From IMG/VR virus record IMGVR_UViG_3300042519_001698: 64,000 nt of DNA. One strand, given 5' to 3'. The first letter of the stretch is position 1, and each line of letters starts with the position of its first letter. Positions 18,931 through 28,704 of this stretch are shown here, one piece after another. The stretch comes from a virus. The notes beneath the pieces were generated by a model that was given only the letters and a program-made list of their open reading frames with translations, was not told where the DNA came from and made no database searches. The translations under genes were made by a program, and so were the position numbers.

Positions 18931-19751
18931 TATAAACTTATAAGGTCATGTTTATTCTGTATTATACTTTCAAAAATTGTTTCAATTAAATCAGAATCTT
19001 TTAAATAAAACCCTTCGTGATTTACATTTTCCGTATATTTTAATATAGTGTTAAAAACTAACGCCATGTAAAAATTACCATATCTACCATAATGGTGATC
19101 CAAAACTTTTCCATTAGTTTCATTTTCTATGGTTAAAATATTATGTTCTGGTATAATATCTTTGTAAAAATTATTATCAATTTCCCAAATAAAACCTTTT
19201 TCTTTTTTAAAAATTTTATTGTGTTGTGCAATTGGTGCCCACATAATAGGTTTATATTTATCGTGTAATCCCATTAAATAATTCATAAATGGAACAGTCT
19301 CACGCCTTAAATATCCATTTGGATTGTCCACACTTTCCATTCTATACACTGTTTGGTCACAAAGAATTTTAGTTTTAATATTGGTATTGTAATCAGGTTG
19401 ACTCCCTCCGGTAATTATCATATTATTACCATTTTTTCCAATCCAACTGAATCGGTTTAAACCAGTCCAATTTAAAATGATTCTATCGTTTTCATTATAA
19501 TTTGAATCAATCTTAGGGAATTGATTGAATATAGAATAATTTGAACATCCGTTTTGAGCTACGTTGATAATTTCATGTCCCCAAGATTTAAGATAGTCAG
19601 TCCAATGCAGGGGGTCTTTAATGTTGTTTTTTCTTAATAATTTAACATATCTATAAATTCCATCACTAGCTTCAATATCATTATCTAAACGATTAATGGC
19701 CTCAGTAAATATATTATCACTAAAGGAATCTCCTAAAACATATATTCTCAT
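18927..19751 (-). CDS. SGNH/GDSL-like protein
   Basis: YVLGDSFSD, NVAQNGCSN, DHHYGRYGN; tandem paralog of 19748-20560. Confidence 0.7.
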   Translation of the reverse strand: MRIYVLGDSFSDNIFTEAINRLDNDIEASDGIYRYVKLLRKNNIKDPLHWTDYLKSWGHEIINVAQNGCSNYSIFNQFPKIDSNYNENDRIILNWTGLNRFSWIGKNGNNMIITGGSQPDYNTNIKTKILCDQTVYRMESVDNPNGYLRRETVPFMNYLMGLHDKYKPIMWAPIAQHNKIFKKEKGFIWEIDNNFYKDIIPEHNILTIENETNGKVLDHHYGRYGNFYMALVFNTILKYTENVNHEGFYLKDSDLIETIFESIIQNKHDLISLY

Positions 19752-20560
19752 ATAATATTTGTTTTCAATTCAATTATATTATGATGTGAGGTGGTTATTC
19801 TTTCCTTAATTTTTGAAATTAAATCTAAATCTTTTATGTAGTAACCATCATGTTCAATATCATTAGTGTGTTCTAAAATAGTATCAAATAATAATGCCGT
19901 GTAAAAATTTCCATATCTACCATAATGTCTATCCTCTATTTTTCCATTTGTTTCACCACGAATTTCTAATTTATCATATTCAGGTATAATCGTTTTAAAA
20001 ACAGGTTCATCAATGTCCCAAATAAATCCTTTTATATTTTCAATTAATTTAGAAACATCAGAAAACGGTGCCCAAATTATTGGTTTTTGTTTTTCGTATA
20101 TTCTTAAAAAATATGAGATAAAATCAATTGTTTTATTTCTGTTAATTACACTTTCATGTCTATTTAAACCTTGTTCAATTAACAATTCATCTGTTGTTGT
20201 TAATTTTGTGTTGGGTGGTATTCCTCCGGTAAATGTTCTTACTTCTAAATTTTTTCCATACCAATCAAATCTAGATAAACCCGTCCAATTTACTATTAAC
20301 CTATCAAATGGTTCTTTAATTTGAGTAAATTGATGGAATATTGAATCATTTGAACAACCTCCTTTTCCTAAATTAATAACTTCATGTCCCCACAATTCAA
20401 GATAATCCCCAAAATGTAATGGGTCAGGTAAATTTTTATTTCTTAATAAATTTACATATTTACTAAGCGGACCATCTCTTTTATCACCATTTGTAATGGC
20501 ATCAATTTCAATTTTAAATAAATTATCAGCAAATGAATCACCTAAAATATAAATTTTCAA
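19748..20560 (-). CDS. SGNH/GDSL-like protein
   Basis: YILGDSFAD, NLGKGGCSN, DRHYGRYGN. Confidence 0.7.
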   Translation of the reverse strand: MKIYILGDSFADNLFKIEIDAITNGDKRDGPLSKYVNLLRNKNLPDPLHFGDYLELWGHEVINLGKGGCSNDSIFHQFTQIKEPFDRLIVNWTGLSRFDWYGKNLEVRTFTGGIPPNTKLTTTDELLIEQGLNRHESVINRNKTIDFISYFLRIYEKQKPIIWAPFSDVSKLIENIKGFIWDIDEPVFKTIIPEYDKLEIRGETNGKIEDRHYGRYGNFYTALLFDTILEHTNDIEHDGYYIKDLDLISKIKERITTSHHNIIELKTNII

Positions 20561-20983
20561 TTATCCTTCGTTTTTATTTTCCCAACTTATATTCCAATCT
20601 TTGAACTCGGCCGCCAAACAATCGATTTTATAATCTTTTCTACCACCAACAATTTCTTGGATTTTATTTTTTGCGGTATTTCTAATTCCATTAATTCCAT
20701 GTGTTAATGCTAACATACTTGGACCTTCAGCCCCACTTCTTACATTTGATTCATTTTGCCAAATGTGTGCATTCATTTGTGATAATACCACAATTGCTCT
20801 AATAACTTCAGCGGTAATAACTCCCTTTTTTTCATTAAGAATTAATTGAATGTCGTAGACAATGTCACTTATTTCTTGTGCATATTCTTCTTTATGTTCG
20901 GGTAATTTTACTTCTTTTAATTGTGAGATAGATAACCTATCAATTAATTCCGCCAATGTTGGTAGATATTTTCTTTTTTCCAT
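20561..20983 (-). CDS. Hypothetical helical protein
   Basis: 140-aa ORF filling an operon gap (LPTLAELIDRLSI...NAHIWQNES...NGIRNTAKNKI). Confidence 0.75.
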   Translation of the reverse strand: MEKRKYLPTLAELIDRLSISQLKEVKLPEHKEEYAQEISDIVYDIQLILNEKKGVITAEVIRAIVVLSQMNAHIWQNESNVRSGAEGPSMLALTHGINGIRNTAKNKIQEIVGGRKDYKIDCLAAEFKDWNISWENKNEG

Positions 20984-20991
20984 ATTAATAA

Positions 20992-22440
20992 TTATTTGTT
21001 ATTGTTTTGTTTATCGGAAATATATTCTCCCGCTTCATAATTAGTGATACTACCATCGAATATTCCCTTATCAGGTATTGTATTATCTATTTCAAGTGCA
21101 TCATACCATTCTTTTAATTCGGGAAATGTTTTACCAAAGTCTTTATTTCTACGAACATCGTATTGAGTGTAAAAACTCTTAAAGTCGTGAAATTGTAAAT
21201 CCTTTTGCAATTCAGTATCATTATGACCTCTATTCACAACTTCTAAATAATCTATCAATCTTTCAATTTGTGATTTCTCATTTATACTAAATAAATCACT
21301 ATCCCTGTTATCATTGTACCAATTTTGTAATTTATTACGCAATGTTAATTTGATTTCGTCAGGTAACATTAATGGTGACATAAATGATGGCCATCTAAGG
21401 ATGTTCAAATCCATGTTAGGTCGATGTGCGCCATATTTTTTCTTTAAGGTTTTCATATCCTCAAAGAATTCGACAATACTAAACAAACATAAACTATTGA
21501 TTGTCATCATAATAGTTAAAGCTCTAAAGTTAGCCTTCTCTAAAAAGGTTACTAAGTTCTCTCTCCATGTTTTATAATTCAAACCATCTCTTATGTATTC
21601 AGCGTGTGGACCATAAGATTCATTACTAGTATATAAATCAAATTCTTTAATCTTCAACTCATGAGTTGCGGTGATTAATTTCTCTAATAATTTTTTACTT
21701 AGTCCTAAATTAGAATTTACCGCCAATCTTAAATTAGTTGCTGGATATTGTTTCACAGTTTCAATGAAACTCCAAAAGTTGTAACTCTGTGATGGTTCTC
21801 CACCCGTTACTCTAATTTCTTGTAATGTTTTAGATAACTCTGGCCACCACTCTAAGAACGCATTAACGTATGGGTTATTCTCACCATTTTTACCATAGAT
21901 TTCAGACCAAGATCCGTCACTTTGGTATGCACCAGCACTACTCGTTTTAAATTTTTGGTAGGATCCGTTTGTTTTAATGTCTTTACCCCATGTGGTACTG
22001 TATCCAGCATTACAATAACTACAAGCAAAATTACAAGTCCTATCAAAACTCACCTCAACTGTCTTCAATAAAACATCTTGGTCCCAAGGTATATTTTTTA
22101 ATGCTGCAATATCCTCATCACTATAAATTTGACTTTTAAAGATTCTATCTGCGATATTGTTTCTACCGATATCTTCTACTTTCCAACAATATGAACATTC
22201 AGCGGGTTTAATACCCGTTAACATCATACGACGCATTTCCTTCTTGTGTTTGGTATTGTGAAGTGCCGATGGGTTAGTTTTAATCTCTTCCAAATCAATT
22301 GGATGTGGTAAGGGTAAATGACAAGAATTGGTATAACCATGACCCAAGTGTAAACTCGCATTGTACCATTTTGCGGCACAAAAACTACAACTTATTGAGT
22401 TCAAGTGTTTATCTCTCCATTCTGCTAATTCATTTGACAT
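20992..22440 (-). CDS. Radical SAM protein with N-terminal Cys-rich (twitch-like) domain
   Basis: CAAKW..SCHLP..CSYCW N-terminal cluster; CNFACSYC; RVTGGEP; VNSN; YTSNES. Confidence 0.9.
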   Translation of the reverse strand: MSNELAEWRDKHLNSISCSFCAAKWYNASLHLGHGYTNSCHLPLPHPIDLEEIKTNPSALHNTKHKKEMRRMMLTGIKPAECSYCWKVEDIGRNNIADRIFKSQIYSDEDIAALKNIPWDQDVLLKTVEVSFDRTCNFACSYCNAGYSTTWGKDIKTNGSYQKFKTSSAGAYQSDGSWSEIYGKNGENNPYVNAFLEWWPELSKTLQEIRVTGGEPSQSYNFWSFIETVKQYPATNLRLAVNSNLGLSKKLLEKLITATHELKIKEFDLYTSNESYGPHAEYIRDGLNYKTWRENLVTFLEKANFRALTIMMTINSLCLFSIVEFFEDMKTLKKKYGAHRPNMDLNILRWPSFMSPLMLPDEIKLTLRNKLQNWYNDNRDSDLFSINEKSQIERLIDYLEVVNRGHNDTELQKDLQFHDFKSFYTQYDVRRNKDFGKTFPELKEWYDALEIDNTIPDKGIFDGSITNYEAGEYISDKQNNNK

Positions 22441-22495
22441 ATATCTTTATTTATTTAATTAATATAACATTTTTATTTATAATTTAAAATTGTAT

Positions 22496-23155
22496 TTACA
22501 CAATTTTAGCGGGTCTACCTAACTTATTAAATTCTACACTTTTTTCACTTTTTATTTCTTCAGATTCAAAGAAATTACCGTGATTCCCACTACCTGATTT
22601 GTCATATGTTTTAAAACTTGTATTCTTTTTAAAATCAAACCATAAAAACATATTTTCAAACGTTTCTTCACTACTGTGGTATATTTTAACATCTGAAATA
22701 TTACCATAAAACCAACGATAATTTTTGTTTACACAATGTGGATTTCCTGAACCAACATATATGTATTTATCTTTGTGGTCATATAATTTATATTTTATTT
22801 TTTGTTTGGTATATAACCTATTGTTAACGTACATAATGAATTCGTCATCTTTTTTTATAACTTTCACTTTATTATATATGTTCGCCCCTATTTCTGTGTG
22901 GACCATTATTTCATTTACCACATCTTCATCTTCATCGTTAACCTCTAACCATTTCCATTTTATAAAATATTCATCATTGTAGTTATATACAAAAATACCC
23001 ATGGAACCTTCTCTAGTTAAAACACAAGATTCGTTTCCTAAATCTATACTATCTTCGTCGACTTTAAATGTTGCTTCAAATATAAAATCACCACTTAACG
23101 ATTCGTAACTTTTTGTATTTGTTTTACTATTTGCGTACCTATCTACTATATACAC
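22496..23155 (-). CDS. LamG/concanavalin A-like domain protein
   Basis: FIFEATFK, MYVNN, IYVGSG, FYGNISDVKIY, YDKSGSGNHG; paralog of 23176-23946. Confidence 0.7.
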   Translation of the reverse strand: MYIVDRYANSKTNTKSYESLSGDFIFEATFKVDEDSIDLGNESCVLTREGSMGIFVYNYNDEYFIKWKWLEVNDEDEDVVNEIMVHTEIGANIYNKVKVIKKDDEFIMYVNNRLYTKQKIKYKLYDHKDKYIYVGSGNPHCVNKNYRWFYGNISDVKIYHSSEETFENMFLWFDFKKNTSFKTYDKSGSGNHGNFFESEEIKSEKSVEFNKLGRPAKIV

Positions 23156-23175
23156 TTTTAGATTTTTTTTATTCT

Positions 23176-23946
23176 TTACTTTTTTTCGTTTTTTTTTTCT
23201 TCTATTTTTGATTTCAGTATTTCTAATTCACCGGTTTTTTCTTTTATAACTCTTTCTATCTCCTCAATTTCTTTTTTTATTTTTTCAATTTCGTCCTTTT
23301 TAACTTTTTTAGTTAATTGTTGAAATAAAATTCCATTATTTTTATTACCTGATTTATCTAAAATTTCTAAATCCGTATTATTTTCAAAATCAAACCACAG
23401 ATATAAAGTATTGATATTTTCATCAAGACTATCGTAAATTTTAATATCGTAAATTTCACCGTTGAACCATCCGTTATTATTGTTTACACTATTAGGGTCT
23501 GAAACTCCCACATACATCAATTTATCAGAATAGTCAAACAGATTATGTTTAATTTCTTTACTTTCATATAATTCACCATTAATGTAGAGACTAAACTCCG
23601 CATCTTTTTTAGTGACTTTTACATTTGTAATATTTGTTAATTCATACTTCTTGTGTACGAAAATTTCATTACAAACATGGTTGTTTTCATTATCAACTTC
23701 CCACCACACCCATTTTATAAAATTTTCATCGTTAAAATTATAAATGTAAATACCCATATTGTATCCCTCTCTTGATACAACACAACTGTCGGTGCTTTTT
23801 AATTTATTAGTGTTTAATTTAAATGTCGCCTCGAATGTAAAATCGTTATTAGTTATTAAATCATAACTTTCAGGGTTTAAATCGTTATCTGAAAAACGAT
23901 TTACTACGTAGGCTTTTTTGTTTTTGAATATCATATTTTTCCGCAT
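23176..23946 (-). CDS. LamG/concanavalin A-like domain protein with C-terminal coiled coil
   Basis: FTFEATFK, LYINGEL, FNGEIYDIKIY, LDKSGNKNNG; KEEI-rich tail. Confidence 0.7.
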   Translation of the reverse strand: MRKNMIFKNKKAYVVNRFSDNDLNPESYDLITNNDFTFEATFKLNTNKLKSTDSCVVSREGYNMGIYIYNFNDENFIKWVWWEVDNENNHVCNEIFVHKKYELTNITNVKVTKKDAEFSLYINGELYESKEIKHNLFDYSDKLMYVGVSDPNSVNNNNGWFNGEIYDIKIYDSLDENINTLYLWFDFENNTDLEILDKSGNKNNGILFQQLTKKVKKDEIEKIKKEIEEIERVIKEKTGELEILKSKIEEKKNEKK

Positions 23947-25322
23947 TTATGGTAAAATTCCTCCAATTCGGGGAAAGTTTTACAAAAGTTAGTGTTTCTT
24001 CTAATGTCATGTTCAGTAATGAACTTGTAAAAATCTTTTCGATTTGTATCAATCATTTTATTACCTTCTGACGAAGTAAACCAATCTTTTATTCTTATTA
24101 TTTTATTTATTTCTATATCTGTAAACCCATGTCCATCCACAACACCCGTTCTTACTTGTTCATAAAAATCAACAAGTTTTGCCTGTTCGTCAATTGCTGT
24201 TACCCAACTATCTTCTAATATTTTTACAGTTTGATGTTCGGGAAATCTCAAATATGAGGAATCTAACAATAACGATGATCCCCAATATCTATATGGATTA
24301 TGGTGTCTCTTTTTTAATTCTGCAACATCTTCAATTAGATACTTGTAATTTGGTACTGACAATGCATTATACGTCGACATAATGTCAATTGTAAGTGGTT
24401 TAAACTTATCTAATAAGAAATCAATTCTCTCTTTAAATAAATTATAATCAAACCCATTTCTAATGTATTCCGCCTGTGGTCCCCAAGTATCACAAGATGT
24501 AAAGATTATAAATTCATGTACTAATTCTTTATCTAATATTTTTTCTATTTTGTTGACAAATTCATCAAACAATTTTTTAGGTATCCCTAAATTACTATTG
24601 ATACATAAACTTAGTTTCTTATTTGGGGTGGGTGTTTCAATTATGTAATCTAAAATCTTAAAGGTGTCTTTATTTAATAAAGGTTCTCCTCCTGTGATTC
24701 TAAATGTATGTAAGTCTTGGTACATTTCAGGCCACCATTTCCAAAACGCATCAACGTATGGATTTTTATCTGACGCTAAGTACGGCATCGTATCTTCCTT
24801 CTTAAACCATTCGATATCGTTGTAATTGGTACTTGTCTTATACGGACCATGAGTGTTAATCTCTTCCATCCATTTAGAAGAATATAGAGGACCACAATAT
24901 GAACATTTAAAATTACAAGTGTTTGAAAAACTAACCTCAACATACTTTGGGTTATAATTCTTTTTCCAACCAGATTTTAAAATGTCTTCTAAGTAAGGCG
25001 CTGACCATGGCTCTGAAGATTTAAGTGTTCTATCTGAAAATGCGTAAGATGCTCCCTCGATATTCCAACAATAATCACATTCATCGGGTTTTTTATTATC
25101 AAGCATTTCTTTACGAATTTCTTTTTTAAATTTCGTATTATGTAATGCAGTTGGGTTAGATAAAATCTCTTCTAACGGAATCTTATGTGGTTTAGGGTGA
25201 TGACAAGAATGTGTTGTACCATTGTGTAGGTGCATGGTAACTTGGGTCCATTTTGCTAAACAAAATCCACACCCAACCATGTTCAATTTATCTCTAGTAC
25301 TTTCAAAAACCTCTTTTAACAT
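23931..25322 (-). CDS. Radical SAM protein with N-terminal twitch-like domain
   Basis: CLAKW..SCHHP..CDYCW; CNFKCSYC; RITGGEP. Confidence 0.9.
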   Translation of the reverse strand: MLKEVFESTRDKLNMVGCGFCLAKWTQVTMHLHNGTTHSCHHPKPHKIPLEEILSNPTALHNTKFKKEIRKEMLDNKKPDECDYCWNIEGASYAFSDRTLKSSEPWSAPYLEDILKSGWKKNYNPKYVEVSFSNTCNFKCSYCGPLYSSKWMEEINTHGPYKTSTNYNDIEWFKKEDTMPYLASDKNPYVDAFWKWWPEMYQDLHTFRITGGEPLLNKDTFKILDYIIETPTPNKKLSLCINSNLGIPKKLFDEFVNKIEKILDKELVHEFIIFTSCDTWGPQAEYIRNGFDYNLFKERIDFLLDKFKPLTIDIMSTYNALSVPNYKYLIEDVAELKKRHHNPYRYWGSSLLLDSSYLRFPEHQTVKILEDSWVTAIDEQAKLVDFYEQVRTGVVDGHGFTDIEINKIIRIKDWFTSSEGNKMIDTNRKDFYKFITEHDIRRNTNFCKTFPELEEFYHKCGKI

Positions 25323-25915
25323 TCTAATATTTTATGATGTATGAAATTCAAATTACCTGTCTTATCGATGGACTTATTAAAAATAAAATCTTCACAAGTA
25401 TGATGGGCAATTAATTTATTTTTTTCATAAACTTTAAACTCATGAATATACATTTCAGTACTATTAGAAGTGTCATCTACATGTGAAAAACTATTAGCAC
25501 CAAAAACAACACACGGATTTGAATCTATGTATAATCCTAATTTCTCCAAACTTAAATCTAATTGTACTTCGTCGTTAATATAAATTATTAAAGACTTTTT
25601 AGGAACGTGTACCATTTTCAAATCAATTTCAACACCATCGTGAATTGCAAATGGGAATTGAAAAAATTGAGAAGAGTCATCTTCAAATCTAACAGTAAAG
25701 AATAACATATTCTTGTGAATATCCAATCCACAATATTTTGGTAAAATTGTAAAAACTGTTGCGTTTTTATCAAGTGTATCTAATAGTGTTAATCTCATTT
25801 CAATTTTAAAGTTATATTCTCCACTTAAAATCTTTGTTGCAGGATTTTCAGGGAAAGTATCACATAAAACAGATGGATAGAATATCCAAGGACTATATTT
25901 TTTTATATGTATCAT
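25316..25915 (-). CDS. Divergent concanavalin A/LamG-like protein
   Basis: Beta-rich; IYINDE, VFGAN, IHEFKVY and DKTGNLN echo the neighbouring LamG-like proteins. Confidence 0.5.
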   Translation of the reverse strand: MIHIKKYSPWIFYPSVLCDTFPENPATKILSGEYNFKIEMRLTLLDTLDKNATVFTILPKYCGLDIHKNMLFFTVRFEDDSSQFFQFPFAIHDGVEIDLKMVHVPKKSLIIYINDEVQLDLSLEKLGLYIDSNPCVVFGANSFSHVDDTSNSTEMYIHEFKVYEKNKLIAHHTCEDFIFNKSIDKTGNLNFIHHKILEC

Positions 25916-27287
25916 AAAATTTCTTTAATTCAGGAAAGGTTTTAACAAAATTAGTGTCTCTTCTTTTATCTAATTCATCTACGAATTTTACAAAATCCTT
26001 TCTATTTTTTTCTACATCAAATTCATCTTCATGAATTGCATAGTCATATAATCTTTTTATTTTTTGAATTTCAGTGTTCGAGAACCCATAAGACCCTTGA
26101 ACAAATTCGGTCATACCATAATATAACGCTTTTTTCGCAGATTCCAAAATCAAATCTTTGTGTTTTTTATCTAAAATTTTAACCGATAGATGTGATGGGT
26201 ATCTTAAATAAGATGTATCCAATTGTATTGCTGAAATCCAATATCTCTGATTATTTGAATACTTTTTCTTTGCTTGGAAAACCCTTTCAATTAAATCACT
26301 ATATGTGAAAACTGATAGTGCGTTAAATGTGGACATAATGTTAATCGTAACCTTTGGAAGTACTGTAAGGATTTTTTCAACGTTTGTCCAAAATTTCTCA
26401 TAGTCCAATCCGTTCCTTGTGTATTCGGCTTGTTTACCCACCGCCTCAACAGATGTGAAAATGATTAACTCCCTAACCTTATTATTATCGGACAAATCTT
26501 TGGCTATTTCAATGAATCTATCAATTATAGCATCGGGTGATCCTAAATTTGTATTGATTGCTAATGATATGTTAGGGTTTATGTCTGAATGTTCTTGAAT
26601 GTACTCTAAAACCTTAAAAGTATCTTTTGCTAGTAAGGGTTCACCTCCCGTAATTCGGAACGTGTGTAGGTCTTTAAATAGGTCTGGCCACCATTCCCAA
26701 AATGCGTCGACATATGGATTATGCTCCGAGTGTTTATATGGCATTTCATTTTTGGCTTTTAAGTCATCAACACTATTGTATCGATAACTTAAATCGTAAT
26801 GACCATGTTTTTCAATCTCCTCAACCCACTTAGATGAGTATTGTGGACCACAATATGCACATTTAAAATTACAAGTGTTTGAAAATGAGACTTCTACATA
26901 TCTCGGATTATAATCTTCTCTCCAATTAGATTTAGAAATTTGTTCAAATTGGTCGGCTGACCATGGTTCTGTTGATTTAAAAACTCTATCAGAAAATGAA
27001 TTGGAGCTATCTTCAATACTCCAACAATAATTACACTCTGAAGGTCTCTTACCCTCTAACATTTGTTTTCTCTTGTCCTTCTTATACGTTGTATTATGTA
27101 AAGCGGAAGGATTTCTCTTCAATTCACTTAAAGGTATTTTATGTTGTACAGGGTGGTGACAAGAATGGGTTAAACCCGCACCTAAGTGAATAGTTACCTG
27201 AGTCCATTTAGCTAAACAGAACCCGCACCCCACACCATCTAATTTATCTTTAGTTTTTTGAAACTCTTGTATATTACTATCTGACAT
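25893..27287 (-). CDS. Radical SAM protein with N-terminal twitch-like domain
   Basis: CLAKW..SCHHP..CNYCW; CNFKCAYC; RITGGEP; close paralog of 23931-25322. Confidence 0.9.
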   Translation of the reverse strand: MSDSNIQEFQKTKDKLDGVGCGFCLAKWTQVTIHLGAGLTHSCHHPVQHKIPLSELKRNPSALHNTTYKKDKRKQMLEGKRPSECNYCWSIEDSSNSFSDRVFKSTEPWSADQFEQISKSNWREDYNPRYVEVSFSNTCNFKCAYCGPQYSSKWVEEIEKHGHYDLSYRYNSVDDLKAKNEMPYKHSEHNPYVDAFWEWWPDLFKDLHTFRITGGEPLLAKDTFKVLEYIQEHSDINPNISLAINTNLGSPDAIIDRFIEIAKDLSDNNKVRELIIFTSVEAVGKQAEYTRNGLDYEKFWTNVEKILTVLPKVTINIMSTFNALSVFTYSDLIERVFQAKKKYSNNQRYWISAIQLDTSYLRYPSHLSVKILDKKHKDLILESAKKALYYGMTEFVQGSYGFSNTEIQKIKRLYDYAIHEDEFDVEKNRKDFVKFVDELDKRRDTNFVKTFPELKKFYDTYKKI

Positions 27288-27297
27288 TTTTTTAAAT

Positions 27298-28704
27298 TTA
27301 TAAAGTTACGTTAATCATTGTTACATTATCTTCGCAATATACATCAATAAGTTCATATATTAAACTATTCATACCCTCATTTTTATAATCAATCTTCCCT
27401 TGTTGCATCTTTGTGACGAATCTCTTTTCATTTTTAGCTGTGGTGGTACCTTTAGCCCATTTTCCATTCACAAACCCCTCATCAGGGTGTTCCATACAAT
27501 AAAACCTACCTTCCCTCCTCTGTGGTATTAAATTTTGTGTAACATCAAAACTTTCTTTTTGGATTTCCACATCATATCCCCATCCTGTTACTGAATTTAC
27601 TTTATTAACAAATCCCTCTGAAAAATCATAATGAAGTAGTAAATTTTCATTTGTATTGAAGACATCATCAATTTTATCAAAAAAGTTATTGAATATTTTA
27701 ACTTCAGCAATTTTACCTCTGTAAAACGTAAACGTTTCATTACAGAATCCAAGAATGAATGGTTCTGTGTGATTGTGTTTCATTAACTCTTCACCAACAA
27801 TGAATGACTTATGTTCCTTACTTCCACCTCTATTTGTTACCAATTCATCATTAATATATAAAAACATTTCTTTGGTTTTATTATTAAATGACATAGTTAC
27901 CCAAGTCCATTCGTTTTCAAATTTCTTTGCGTAGTTATAATGATTTTTATGTTTAACATCAAACATACTCATATTAACTGAACGTGAATTATTGAAAGAT
28001 AAACCCCATGTCCAACTTCCTTTTTTTCTCATTAATGGGTACTCAACAAATTTTCTTTTCTCATCACCCACTAACCAAATAGGGACTTTACCAGGTTGTT
28101 GTTCAGCACAAAATAAAATTGAAATCGTATGGTTATCGTTCAAACAATTTGTTAATTCTTCATTTGTTGAGAATAAAGAAAATGATTTTTTACCGTCAAA
28201 TATTGCAACGGGTTTATTTTTATACGATTTAAAAATTGAGTTGTTTGAATACCCCTCAAAATGACATCTCCAAAAAAGGTCATCGTCTTCCTGACCCCAA
28301 TCCCAATATTCATTTGAATATCCATTTGTTCTTTCTATCTGTTCTTTTGTAAATAAAACAACTCCACCGAAGTATTGGTCATAACCTAATGTATAATTGT
28401 ATTTTGATAATTTTGTTGCGATATGAATTGGATGATTTTCGGGATATGAATAATCACACTCTTCAAATGGTGACATATCAACATCGTGAAATGCAACATA
28501 ATCACATCCATCTTCAAACGCATGTTTAGCTGCAATATTTTTCATCGCACCTCTATTAAATAATTTATCATCAACTTGATGTGCAACATAAAACTTATGT
28601 TCAATACCTTGTTTATTTAAATGTGCCGTCAAACGAGGTACTAATTGATCTAAGTGATGTTTTCTGTTTCTATATGGTATACAGATACCTAATTTATGAC
28701 TCAT
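27298..28704 (-). CDS. GT7 (beta-1,4-galactosyltransferase-like) glycosyltransferase with inserted LamG domain
   Basis: IPYRNR, FNRGAMKN, FHDVD (DxD), YFGGV, NGYSNEYWDWGQEDDDL; LamG-like segment at about 27570-28210; C-terminal EGMNSLIY. Confidence 0.85.
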   Translation of the reverse strand: MSHKLGICIPYRNRKHHLDQLVPRLTAHLNKQGIEHKFYVAHQVDDKLFNRGAMKNIAAKHAFEDGCDYVAFHDVDMSPFEECDYSYPENHPIHIATKLSKYNYTLGYDQYFGGVVLFTKEQIERTNGYSNEYWDWGQEDDDLFWRCHFEGYSNNSIFKSYKNKPVAIFDGKKSFSLFSTNEELTNCLNDNHTISILFCAEQQPGKVPIWLVGDEKRKFVEYPLMRKKGSWTWGLSFNNSRSVNMSMFDVKHKNHYNYAKKFENEWTWVTMSFNNKTKEMFLYINDELVTNRGGSKEHKSFIVGEELMKHNHTEPFILGFCNETFTFYRGKIAEVKIFNNFFDKIDDVFNTNENLLLHYDFSEGFVNKVNSVTGWGYDVEIQKESFDVTQNLIPQRREGRFYCMEHPDEGFVNGKWAKGTTTAKNEKRFVTKMQQGKIDYKNEGMNSLIYELIDVYCEDNVTMINVTL

